Shown here: piece after piece, positions 17,489 through 27,685 of the stretch
How the letters are laid out: every line of letters begins with the position of its first letter
Numbering within the stretch: the first letter of the stretch is position 1
NCBI GenBank assembly: GCA_947624735.1
Contig: CANQLM010000002.1
Span: 1 to 40,085, forward strand
Length of the DNA: 40,085 nt
Reading direction: 5' to 3'
From: an uncultured Clostridia bacterium
GTDB lineage: Bacteria; Bacillota; Clostridia; TANB77; CAG-508
Translations under genes and position numbers: made by a program
The notes under the pieces: model-generated
Database searches by the model: none
What the model was told of the DNA's origin: nothing
What the model saw: the letters and a program-made list of their open reading frames with translations, nothing else

Positions 17489-19192
17489 ATGGCTAAGAAA
17501 GAAAAAAATGATGAAGAGTCGAAGAAAAAATTAGAAAAGCAAAAACAAAATAATAAGGAAGAAAAAAAGAAAAATGGTGAAAAGCCAAAGAAAAAGTTAA
17601 ATAAACAAAAAGACAAAAAAGTATTAATAAAAAAATTTGCTTTTTACATATTGATTGTCATTTCTATAGTTGAAATAGTATATGCAGGATTTATTTTATT
17701 TGAACATTATAAAAGAAAATTTAAAAGTATTGATATAGAAATGGGATATGATGGAACCCTAACATTAGAAAATTTTGTTAAGGACAAAAAATATATTAAT
17801 AACTCTAAACTAATATCTAATTTAGAAGGTATAGATTATATGAATGTTGGAGAATATACTGTTGTATTATCTCATGACAATAGAGAAGAAAAAGTTAATT
17901 TAAAAATAGTAGATACAACTCCTCCAAAAGTCGAATTCCAAGACATAACAAAATACATTGATTATATACCAAATGCAGAAGACTTTATTGTATCAAAAGA
18001 AGATTTATCAGAGATGACAGTAGAATTAAGTAACATACCAGAAATAAATGAGTTTAAAGAATATAATGTAAATGTTTTAGTAAAAGATTCACAGGGAAAT
18101 GTAACAAGTAAAATCTGCAAACTTTCGATAAAATGGATTAAAGATGAATTTACGATGGAAAAAGGACACACCCTTACAAAAGAAGATTTATTATATGGAT
18201 TAGAACAAGATGCAGATTTGATAGATAATAGCAAATTAGAAGAAATAACTAATTCAGAAATTGGTGAGTACGAAATAATTACAAATAAAAACGGAATTGA
18301 GAAAAGAACAACTATAAAAGTAACAGACTTAACTCCACCAGACCTAATTTTAAGAGACGTAAGTATTTATGATGATGAAAAGGTAAGTGGAAAAAATGCG
18401 TTTATAACTAGTGTAACTGATGCTTCAGGAGAAGTAACTACAACTATGAAAACAGAGATAAATTATTCTAAATTAGGAGCTCAAGAAATAGTTATAGAAG
18501 CAGTTGATAAATATGGAAATAAGATTGAAAAAACAGCAACACTTACTATTAGAAAAGACACAGTGGGACCTGTTATTTCAGGACTTTCTGCTATAACTGT
18601 AAATAAAGGTGCGACAATAGATTACAATAGAAATGTATCAGCTAGAGATGTAAAAGATGGACCATGTACTTTTGAGGTAAATAGTACTTCTGTAAATACT
18701 AGTGTGGCAGGTACATATTATGCTGTATATACTTCAAAAGATACTAAAGGAAATAAAACAACTTCTAAAAGAAAAGTAACTGTAAGGCATGACCAAGCAG
18801 ATGTAAATGCATTAGTAAATTCGATTGCATCAAGACTAAGCAACAATGTTGAAGAAATAAGGGATTATTGCAGAAATAATATAAAGTACAGTAGTAGCTA
18901 TGGAGATGGAGACGAAATCTGGTATGGATTTAATAACTGGAACGGAAATTGTTTAGTGCATGCAAAATGTTTTGAAGCATTATTAAGGGCTAAAGGTTAT
19001 GAAACACAACTAATATGGGTTACTAACTATACACATTATTGGAACTTAGTAAAATTAAATGGAGTATGGAGACATATGGACTCTACTCCAGATAGAAATC
19101 ATAGAAAAATTAGCATAATGACAGACAGTCAGAGATTATCAACTTTAAGTGGAAGAGATTGGGACCACTCAAATTGGCCTGCAGCAAATTAA
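17489..19192 (+). CDS. Lys-rich tail, TM anchor, three Ig-like (DUF5011-like) domains and a C-terminal transglutaminase-like Cys protease core (paralogue A)
   Basis: SD AGGAG at 17476-17480, 8 nt before ATG 17489 (the tracked TTG 17471 overlaps the SD). DTTPPKVEFQD / VTDLTPPDL / KDTVGPVISG domain starts. C-terminal NGNCLVHAKCF...THYWNLV...HMDSTP gives a Cys-His-Asp arrangement. Confidence 0.8.
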   Translation: MAKKEKNDEESKKKLEKQKQNNKEEKKKNGEKPKKKLNKQKDKKVLIKKFAFYILIVISIVEIVYAGFILFEHYKRKFKSIDIEMGYDGTLTLENFVKDKKYINNSKLISNLEGIDYMNVGEYTVVLSHDNREEKVNLKIVDTTPPKVEFQDITKYIDYIPNAEDFIVSKEDLSEMTVELSNIPEINEFKEYNVNVLVKDSQGNVTSKICKLSIKWIKDEFTMEKGHTLTKEDLLYGLEQDADLIDNSKLEEITNSEIGEYEIITNKNGIEKRTTIKVTDLTPPDLILRDVSIYDDEKVSGKNAFITSVTDASGEVTTTMKTEINYSKLGAQEIVIEAVDKYGNKIEKTATLTIRKDTVGPVISGLSAITVNKGATIDYNRNVSARDVKDGPCTFEVNSTSVNTSVAGTYYAVYTSKDTKGNKTTSKRKVTVRHDQADVNALVNSIASRLSNNVEEIRDYCRNNIKYSSSYGDGDEIWYGFNNWNGNCLVHAKCFEALLRAKGYETQLIWVTNYTHYWNLVKLNGVWRHMDSTPDRNHRKISIMTDSQRLSTLSGRDWDHSNWPAAN

Positions 19193-19217
19193 TGAAAGGA
19201 GTATATGTAAAGCCACT

Positions 19218-20906
19218 ATGACAGAAGACAATTTAAACGGAGAAGAAAAAGTAACTGACGAAAAAGATGAAGAAACTAGTAAAGAAAAATCAAGAGCAAA
19301 GCATTATAAAAAAGAAAAAAATAATAAAAAAATTTTCACTAAAATAATAATTATATTTATAGTTATTGCTGGCATTATAGAATTAATATATGGTGGATAC
19401 ATGATATATGAAAAATACAAAAGAAAGTTTAAAAATATAGATATAGAAATTGGTACAGTAAAAGAAATAAAAATGGAAAATTTTTTGATAGATTCAAAAT
19501 ACAAAGATAACTCACATTTATTAACAAATCTAGAACAAATAAATTTTTCAGAAGTAGGAGAACATAAGGTATTACTTTCACACGACGATAGAGAAGAAGA
19601 AGTTGTTTTAAGATTAGTAGACACAACTCCTCCAAAAGTTGAATTTCAAGATTTAACAAAATATATTGATTATAATCCTAATGCAGACGATTTTATCATA
19701 TCAAAAGAAGACTTATCAGAAATGAAAACAACAATTGAAAATATTCCTGCAATAAATAAGTTTGGCGAATATAATATCAATGTAATAGTAGAAGATGCAT
19801 ATGGAAATATAACCAACAAAATATGCAAATTGTGTATAAAATGGATAAAGGATTCTTATTCAATAGAAAGAGGACAAACTCTAAGAAAAGAAGATTTATT
19901 ATATAATGTAGAAGCAGATGGAGATTTATTAGACGAAAACAGGCTAAAAGAAATTGCAAATTCTGATATAGGTGATTATGAAATAGTTACAACTAAAGAT
20001 GGTATAGAAATTAAAACTATAATTAAAGTAACAGACTTAACACCACCAACTTTAGAATTAAAAAATATTACAATGTATGATGATGAAAAAATTAATGGTA
20101 AAGATAGTTTCATAGTAAATACATTTGATGCATCAGGAGAAGTTACAACAACATTAAAAAATGAAATTAATTATTCAAATATAGGTTCACAAGAAATTGT
20201 AATAGAAGCGGTAGATAAGTATGGAAATAAAACAGAAAAAACAGCAACATTAACAATAAAAAAAGATACAATAGGTCCAGTATTTTCAGGACTTTCTCAA
20301 ATTACCATCGCAAGAGGAGCAGGAATAAATTTTGAAAGTGGAGTAACTGCTAAAGACGATAGAGATGGTATTTGTGGATTTGATGTAGATAAAAGCAAAG
20401 TAAATACTAATGTTGCAGGCACATATTATGCAACATATACATCAAAAGACAAAAAGGGAAATACCACAACAAAAAAGAGAAAAATAGTAGTAAATCATAA
20501 TCAAGAAGACACAGAAAATAAATTCAATGAATACTACAATAATAATTTAGCAGGAAAAAGTGTACTTCAAATTGTTGAAACCATAAGAAACGGTATAGGT
20601 TATAATACTAATTGGGGAGGCGATGATCCTATATGGTATGGTTTAACTAACAGAAAAGGAAATTGTTATGTACATGCTTTATTAGTAAAAAAAGCACTAG
20701 ATAAAAAGGGTATATCTAGTATAATAATTCATACTACAGATAAAACACATTATTGGAATCTAGTAAATGAAGGAGGAAAATATGCACATTATGATTCAAC
20801 ACCTGGAAGTCACGATATTTATGATGCAACAGATGATGAAAAATTTAATAGTGCAGGAATGAAAGGTAGAAACTGGGATAGAAATGCATATCCTAAAGCA
20901 GGATAA
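19218..20906 (+). CDS. paralogue B with the same Ig-like plus transglutaminase-like architecture
   Basis: Collinear with paralogue A over the whole length (DTTPPKVEFQD, VTDLTPP, KDTIGPVFSG, KGNCYVHALL...THYWNLV...HYDSTP). ATG 19218 is the first ATG after the stop of A. The tracked start 19149 lies inside A. The SD AGGAG (19197-19201) is 16 nt away, so the start is uncertain. Confidence 0.78.
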   Translation: MTEDNLNGEEKVTDEKDEETSKEKSRAKHYKKEKNNKKIFTKIIIIFIVIAGIIELIYGGYMIYEKYKRKFKNIDIEIGTVKEIKMENFLIDSKYKDNSHLLTNLEQINFSEVGEHKVLLSHDDREEEVVLRLVDTTPPKVEFQDLTKYIDYNPNADDFIISKEDLSEMKTTIENIPAINKFGEYNINVIVEDAYGNITNKICKLCIKWIKDSYSIERGQTLRKEDLLYNVEADGDLLDENRLKEIANSDIGDYEIVTTKDGIEIKTIIKVTDLTPPTLELKNITMYDDEKINGKDSFIVNTFDASGEVTTTLKNEINYSNIGSQEIVIEAVDKYGNKTEKTATLTIKKDTIGPVFSGLSQITIARGAGINFESGVTAKDDRDGICGFDVDKSKVNTNVAGTYYATYTSKDKKGNTTTKKRKIVVNHNQEDTENKFNEYYNNNLAGKSVLQIVETIRNGIGYNTNWGGDDPIWYGLTNRKGNCYVHALLVKKALDKKGISSIIIHTTDKTHYWNLVNEGGKYAHYDSTPGSHDIYDATDDEKFNSAGMKGRNWDRNAYPKAG

Positions 20907-20911
20907 ACGAA

Positions 20912-20986
20912 TATAAAAGATAAACAACTATAAAAGAATAAAGCAGTATAAAAACTATAAAAGAGTAAACAAGTATAAAAGGAGAG
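20912..20986. repeat. degenerate 17-18 nt tandem repeat (TATAAAAGnnTAAACAAn) upstream of the MBOAT gene
   Basis: TATAAAAGATAAACAAC (20912-28), TATAAAAGAATAAAGCAG (20929-46), TATAAAAAC (20947-55, truncated), TATAAAAGAGTAAACAAG (20956-73), TATAAAAGGAGAG (20974-86, merges into the SD). Confidence 0.55.
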
Positions 20987-20993
20987 AAATCTA

Positions 20994-22274
20994 ATGAATG
21001 TACTAATATTAATACTAAGTGTAATAATTTATGCAAGTTTTGGACCAATAAATTTAGTATACATTTTATTTAGCAGTTTAACAAGTTTTTTTGTAGCTAA
21101 GTATACAAAAGAAAAAAATCGTAAATTAATATTTATTTTAGCAGTTGCCATAAATTTACTTATTTTAGTATTTTTCAAAATATGTTCACATTCAAAATTT
21201 ATTGGAACACCAGTTGAAAATATAATTGTTCCAATTGGAATATCATATTATACATTGCAAATTATTTCTTATTTAGTAGATGTATATAAGAAAAAATATG
21301 AACCACAAAAAAGTCTTATTAAATACTTAATGTATGTAATATATATTCCATACTTAATAATAGGACCAATAAACAGATACGATGACATATCAGAAAGTTT
21401 ATATGCAAAAAAACATTGGGATACAAGTAGAATATTATATGGAATATTAAGAACACTATGGGGACTATTTAAAAAATTTGTTATAGCAGGAAGAATATCA
21501 ATGATAATTTCTGTAATAACAGGAAACACATCAGAATATGTTGGAGCTTATGCACTTTTTGCTATGCTACTTTATTCAATACAAATATATGCTGATTTTA
21601 GTGGCGGTATAGATATGGTAATTGGAGTATCAAAAATGTTTGGAATAGATGTAAAAGAAAACTTCAATAGTCCATATTTAGCAGAGAGTATAAAGGAATT
21701 TTGGAGAAGATGGCATATTGGACTTAGCTCATGGCTTAAAGACTATGTATATATCCCATTAGGAGGAAATAGAAAAGGAAAAATTCGAACAAAAATAAAC
21801 TTGATTATAACATTTGTTGTATCAGGATTATGGCATGGAGCAAATTATATTTTATGGGGATTATTTAACGGAATTTTAGTGGCATTTTCTAAAAACAAAA
21901 CTACTAAATGGAAGACTTTAAATAGAATTATAAATTATTTAATAATATCAATATTGTGGGCATTTTTCATTTGGCCAACAACGACAGAGGCTTTACAAAT
22001 GATAGGATCAGTATTTACCACATTTAATTACGGAGCATTGTTTAGCAACTTATTAAATTTCAATTTAGATATAGCAAACATTGTAGTATTAATTATTTCT
22101 GTAATCTTACTTATAATAGTTGATTGCAAAAAAGATAAATTGGATGAAAAAGTAAAAAATATGCAAGTGGATACAAAAATACTTTTGATAGGAATATTAG
22201 GAATAATAATTTTAGTATTTGGAATTTATGGTATAGGATTTAACGTAAATGAATTCATATATAGCAAATTTTAA
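20994..22274 (+). CDS. MBOAT-family membrane O-acyltransferase (AlgI/DltB/PatA-like)
   Basis: Polytopic membrane protein. FWRRWHIGLSSWLKDYVYIPLGGNRKG and SGLWHG contain the conserved MBOAT His residues. Confidence 0.9.
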   Translation: MNVLILILSVIIYASFGPINLVYILFSSLTSFFVAKYTKEKNRKLIFILAVAINLLILVFFKICSHSKFIGTPVENIIVPIGISYYTLQIISYLVDVYKKKYEPQKSLIKYLMYVIYIPYLIIGPINRYDDISESLYAKKHWDTSRILYGILRTLWGLFKKFVIAGRISMIISVITGNTSEYVGAYALFAMLLYSIQIYADFSGGIDMVIGVSKMFGIDVKENFNSPYLAESIKEFWRRWHIGLSSWLKDYVYIPLGGNRKGKIRTKINLIITFVVSGLWHGANYILWGLFNGILVAFSKNKTTKWKTLNRIINYLIISILWAFFIWPTTTEALQMIGSVFTTFNYGALFSNLLNFNLDIANIVVLIISVILLIIVDCKKDKLDEKVKNMQVDTKILLIGILGIIILVFGIYGIGFNVNEFIYSKF

Positions 22275-22292
22275 GTAAAGGAGGAAGCAAAA

Positions 22293-23309
22293 TTGAAAAA
22301 AACAATTAAGACAATTAAGATATTATTTATAATATTAGTTTTAATTATAATATTTGTTCTTGTAAATAAATTACTTTCTCCTAAATATATGGAAAATTTA
22401 GTTGAAGGAAGTATGATTGCAGAATATTATGACGAAGAAAAAAATCATGAAGTTATATTTATTGGAGATTGTGAAGTTTATGCCAACTTTTCACCAATGG
22501 TAATGTATGAACAAGAAGGAATAAGTTCATATGTCAGAGGAACTTCTCAGCAACTTGTATGGCAATCTTATGGAATATTAAAAGAAACATTAAAATATGA
22601 AACACCAAAAGTTGTAGTATTTAATGTAAACTCTTTAAGATATAGTGAGCCAGTAAGTGAAGCATATAATAGACTTACTCTTGACAAAATGAAATGGTCT
22701 AAAGAAAAAGTAGAAATGATAAATGCATCAATGACAAAAGACGAAACATTTATATCATATGTATTTCCAATACTTCGCTATCATTCAAGATTTTCAGAAC
22801 TAAATAAAGAAGATTTTGAATATATGTTTAAAGAAAAGAAAAATACATTTAATGGATTCTTAATAAATAAAAAAGTTAAGCCAGCAGGAAATTTACCAAC
22901 AAAAAAAGTCTTACCAGACTATAATTTTTCAGAAAATTGCATAAAATATCTAGACAAAATGACACAAATATGTAAAGATAATAATATAAAATTAGTCTTA
23001 ATTAAGGCACCAAGTTTATATCCATATTGGTATGACGAATATAATAATCAAATAATACAGTATGCAGAAAAGAACAATCTGGATTTTTATAATTTAAAAG
23101 AAGTAGCTGATTTAGTAGGTATAGACTATGAAAAAGATACTTATGATGGAGGTTTACACTTAAATCTAACAGGAGCTACAAAACTTTCTACATATTTTTC
23201 TAAAATATTAAAAGAAAATTATGACTTGAAGGACTATAGAAAAGATGAAAGTGTAAACAAAATATATCAAGAAAAATTGAAATTATATAAACAAGCCATT
23301 AAAGACTAA
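22293..23309 (+). CDS. membrane-anchored SGNH/DltD-like partner of the MBOAT protein
   Basis: SD AAGGAGG at 22278-22284, 8 nt before TTG 22293. N-terminal TM helix. A block-I-like VIFIGDCEVY and a C-terminal DGGLHLN resemble SGNH blocks I and V. Its position directly after the MBOAT gene is the usual pairing. Confidence 0.6.
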   Translation: MKKTIKTIKILFIILVLIIIFVLVNKLLSPKYMENLVEGSMIAEYYDEEKNHEVIFIGDCEVYANFSPMVMYEQEGISSYVRGTSQQLVWQSYGILKETLKYETPKVVVFNVNSLRYSEPVSEAYNRLTLDKMKWSKEKVEMINASMTKDETFISYVFPILRYHSRFSELNKEDFEYMFKEKKNTFNGFLINKKVKPAGNLPTKKVLPDYNFSENCIKYLDKMTQICKDNNIKLVLIKAPSLYPYWYDEYNNQIIQYAEKNNLDFYNLKEVADLVGIDYEKDTYDGGLHLNLTGATKLSTYFSKILKENYDLKDYRKDESVNKIYQEKLKLYKQAIKD

Positions 23310-23361
23310 TTAAAAATCTTGAAGGAAAGGAGTTTCGTATTAAATATACGAGATAATAAAA

Positions 23362-23898
23362 ATGAAAAAAGGATTAATTATTGCATTAATTGTACTTGTA
23401 GTTATAGTAGGAGGAATAGAGATTGGAATAACATTAAATAAGCCAAAAAGCGTTAGTGACAATTCAAATGACGTTGCAAACAAAAATACTGAACAAGCAG
23501 AAGTATTTACTTTTAAAGATGGAGATAAACAAATGACTCCAGGAGAACTATTTTCAAAAGAAACAATTGGACTTGGAGATGAAGAATCATATTCAGAAAT
23601 TGCAAGCTGTGCTTTCGAAGGATTGGACAAGACATATACTTATCCAAATTATGAAATAACCACATTTCCAGATGGTGAGCAAGATAGAATTTATACAATA
23701 TATTTTTTAAATGAAGAAATGACAACACAAGAAGGTGTAAGAGTATCAGATAGTATGGAAAAAATGGTACAAACATATGGAGAAGATTACAAAGTACAAG
23801 GAAATCAATACACATACACCAAAGGCAAAACAAACTTAGAATTTATAGTTGAGAACGAAACAATAACAAGTATACAATACTCATATGTAACAGAATAG
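23362..23898 (+). CDS. small N-terminally anchored extracytoplasmic protein, function unknown
   Basis: 178-aa ORF with a TM/signal anchor (LIIALIVLVVIVGGIEIGI). No motif recognised. Confidence 0.55.
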   Translation: MKKGLIIALIVLVVIVGGIEIGITLNKPKSVSDNSNDVANKNTEQAEVFTFKDGDKQMTPGELFSKETIGLGDEESYSEIASCAFEGLDKTYTYPNYEITTFPDGEQDRIYTIYFLNEEMTTQEGVRVSDSMEKMVQTYGEDYKVQGNQYTYTKGKTNLEFIVENETITSIQYSYVTE

Positions 23899-23922
23899 TG
23901 AATCAAAGGAAGGATATAATAA

Positions 23923-25203
<1,281 letters not shown>

Positions 25204-25234
25204 ATAAATATTTATTTAGATAATAATCAAAAAG

Positions 25235-25267
25235 CGACAAAATTTTTATGAATTTTGTCGTTTTTTA
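25235..25267 (+). terminator. intrinsic terminator after obg
   Basis: CGACAAAATT (25235-25244) / AATTTTGTCG (25251-25260) 10-bp stem followed by T7 (25261-25267). Confidence 0.8.
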
Positions 25268-25299
25268 TTTACATTTTAGTACAGTTGTATTAAAATGTA
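25268..25299 (+). promoter_or_regulatory. promoter of the TetR-headed operon, overlapped by a 30-bp palindromic operator
   Basis: TTTACA (25268-73), 17-nt spacer, TAAAAT (25291-96). Palindrome TACATTTTAGTACA-GT-TGTATTAAAATGTA (25270-25299), with 13 of 14 arm positions complementary. Confidence 0.55.
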
Positions 25300-25328
25300 C
25301 AATAGAAAAATAATAAGGAAGTGAAAAA

Positions 25329-25946
25329 ATGCGTCTAATTACTCATAAAAGCAAAGTAAGAAAGAAAAAAATGCAAGTTAAAGATAACATAAAACAGGCA
25401 ACAATCGAACTACTTGCCGAAAAAGGCTATGCATCAGTCTCAACTAGAGACATTGCAAAAAGAGCAGACACAGCAGTTGGACAACTAACTTATTATTATA
25501 AAACAAAAGACGCACTTATACTAGAAGTAATAGACGAGATAATAGAAGGTTTTATTTCTGAATTAGAAGAAATATCAAATACTTCAAATAATAGAGTAGA
25601 ATCGATGAGAGAATACTTAAATAAAATGATTGAAAAGGAAAATAAAACTTCAAGAATAATCATTGACTTAATATCACAGTCACTTTATAGTAACATTCTA
25701 AGTATAAAGTCAAAAAATATGATTGATAGAATTATTAATATATTTGCAAAAATCTTGATAGAAGAAAATGAAAACATAGTCAATCCAATTAATGAAGCAG
25801 AAAATTATGTAAATTATTTTCTAGGAGCAATAATTAGAAAAAATATTAGCAATAATGCATTAGAAAAAGAAAATTATGCATTTAATTTGGTAAAGGGTAA
25901 TAAAATTAAACAAAAAAGCTTATCCGCAAAGGTAGCATATAATTAA
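25329..25946 (+). CDS. TetR/AcrR-family transcriptional regulator
   Basis: N-terminal HTH (KGYASVSTRDIAKRADTAVGQLTYYYKTKD). SD AAGGAAGTGA lies before ATG 25329. An internal ATG at 25371 is an alternative start. Confidence 0.85.
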   Translation: MRLITHKSKVRKKKMQVKDNIKQATIELLAEKGYASVSTRDIAKRADTAVGQLTYYYKTKDALILEVIDEIIEGFISELEEISNTSNNRVESMREYLNKMIEKENKTSRIIIDLISQSLYSNILSIKSKNMIDRIINIFAKILIEENENIVNPINEAENYVNYFLGAIIRKNISNNALEKENYAFNLVKGNKIKQKSLSAKVAYN

Positions 25947-25964
25947 AAGTAGAAAGCTAAGAAT

Positions 25965-26729
25965 ATGAAGGAAAAAGTAATTTATTATGAAGATGAACTA
26001 AATGACGATTTTGTAGAAGGAAAAATTGATACAGTAAAAATTGATGGAAATTATAAATATATTCACAAAAATCCAATTTGGAATATATCTGCATTTATTG
26101 TTTATAGAATAATGCTATTATTTCCAGCTTATCTTTATTCCAAAATCAAATTTAGTATGAAAGTAGTAAATAAAGAAAAGTTAAAAGAAGTTAAAGATAA
26201 AGGATATTTCATATATATTAATCATACACAAGAAATATTAGATACACTTCTTCCAACACTTTTTTGCTTTCCAAAAAAAGCATATATTATAGCACATCCA
26301 AACAATGTATCAATAAAAGGTATGAAAACTTTAAACAAAATGCTTGGAGCCTTACCTATACCAGGAGATATAGAAAGTAGCAAAAATTTCTTAGATGCAA
26401 TACAACACTATATAAACAAAAAAAACGTTATTGCAGTATATCCAGAAGCACATGTGTGGCCATATTACACTAAAATAAGAGACTACAAAGAAGTATCTTT
26501 TAGATATCCAGTTAAATTAAATGCTCCAGTATACTCAGCAACAATTACATATAAAAAGAATAAAAGGAATAAACCAAAAATTGTAGCATACATAGATGGT
26601 CCATTTTATCCAAATGAAGAAATAAAAGTAAAAGAAGCAGAAAAACTTTTAAGAGACACTATTTACAATAAGATGATTGAAAGAAGCAAGGAAAATAATA
26701 TAGAATTCATCAAATATATAAGAAAATAG
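25965..26729 (+). CDS. lysophospholipid (PlsC/LPLAT-family) acyltransferase 1
   Basis: INHTQEILD (an H..D block with one extra residue relative to HX4D), VYPEAHVWP (block III-like), one N-terminal hydrophobic segment. Confidence 0.7.
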   Translation: MKEKVIYYEDELNDDFVEGKIDTVKIDGNYKYIHKNPIWNISAFIVYRIMLLFPAYLYSKIKFSMKVVNKEKLKEVKDKGYFIYINHTQEILDTLLPTLFCFPKKAYIIAHPNNVSIKGMKTLNKMLGALPIPGDIESSKNFLDAIQHYINKKNVIAVYPEAHVWPYYTKIRDYKEVSFRYPVKLNAPVYSATITYKKNKRNKPKIVAYIDGPFYPNEEIKVKEAEKLLRDTIYNKMIERSKENNIEFIKYIRK

Positions 26730-26740
26730 AGGGATAATTA

Positions 26741-27574
26741 ATGATTAATTTAATGTTCTGCGGAAATAATAAAGTTTTTGACGGAATGATAATAAGCCTT
26801 TTATCCATTGCAAAACATACAAATGAAGCACTTAATGTATTCATACTAACAATGGATTTAAGAGATATAAACAAAGAATATTTACCAGTAACACAAGACC
26901 AAATAGATATACTAGAAAAGATTGTAAAAAGTAAAAATGAAGAAAGCAAAGTTACACTTATTGATACAACAGAGTTAATAAAAAACGAAATAATAAACTC
27001 TGCAAATATCAAAACTCACTATACACCATACATTTTTATAAGACTTTTTAGTGATAAAGTAAAAGAACTTCCAAATAAAATATTATACTTAGATTGTGAT
27101 ATAGTTTGTTATAGAGACATAAAAGAAATATTTGAAAATGATATGGAAGGCTATGAAATAGGAGTTGCAACAGACTATATTGGAAGAAAAGTAATTAACA
27201 AAAAGTATATCAACTCAGGTGTGGTACTAATGAATCTTGAAGAAATTAGGAAAAATGGTAGCTTTGAAAAAGCTAGGAAAATTGCTAAAACCAGAATAAT
27301 GGCTATGCCAGACCAAACAGCTTTATACAGAGCATGTAAGGAAAAATTATATTTACCAGATAAATGCAATGAACAAAAAAGTCGAAAAGAAGATACAATA
27401 ATAAGACATTTTAGTATGACAATAAAGCTATTACCATTTTTCAGACTAGTAAATATAAAACCATGGCATATAGATAGAGTACATAATGAATATAAAATAT
27501 TTGATTATGAAGATATTTTAGAAGAATATTTGAAAATAAAAGAAGAATCAAAAAAGGAAACTGTAAAAATATAA
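26741..27574 (+). CDS. family 8 (retaining) glycosyltransferase 1
   Basis: LYLDCDIVCYRDI (DxD), NSGVVLMNL, KPWH: the GT8 (LgtC/GspA-like) signature set. Confidence 0.85.
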   Translation: MINLMFCGNNKVFDGMIISLLSIAKHTNEALNVFILTMDLRDINKEYLPVTQDQIDILEKIVKSKNEESKVTLIDTTELIKNEIINSANIKTHYTPYIFIRLFSDKVKELPNKILYLDCDIVCYRDIKEIFENDMEGYEIGVATDYIGRKVINKKYINSGVVLMNLEEIRKNGSFEKARKIAKTRIMAMPDQTALYRACKEKLYLPDKCNEQKSRKEDTIIRHFSMTIKLLPFFRLVNIKPWHIDRVHNEYKIFDYEDILEEYLKIKEESKKETVKI

Positions 27575-27685
27575 ATTGAAAATAATAGGGTTAAAAATAT
27601 GAAAAATTATAAAAGTAAATTAATAAAAGAAATAGTAGGATTTGTACAAAAGGGTAAAGATATGATGCCAAAGATGGAGGGGATT

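Noticed and set aside
19149-19217. Upstream start of transglutaminase-like paralogue B that overlaps paralogue A
   Set aside because: The extension lies inside the coding region of paralogue A. The SD-like AGGAG (19197-19201) is downstream of it. ATG 19218 gives an N-terminus parallel to paralogue A.
20912-20986. CRISPR-like array, also considered for 10255-10310
   Set aside because: The repeats are 17-28 nt, directly abutting with no unique spacers, only 2-5 copies and degenerate. There are no cas genes in the window.
27599-27685. Longer N-terminus for GT8 number 2
   Set aside because: A strong GGAGGGG SD at 27676-27682 sits 3 nt before ATG 27686. The extra 29 residues have no GT8 counterpart. 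The longer form cannot be strictly excluded.
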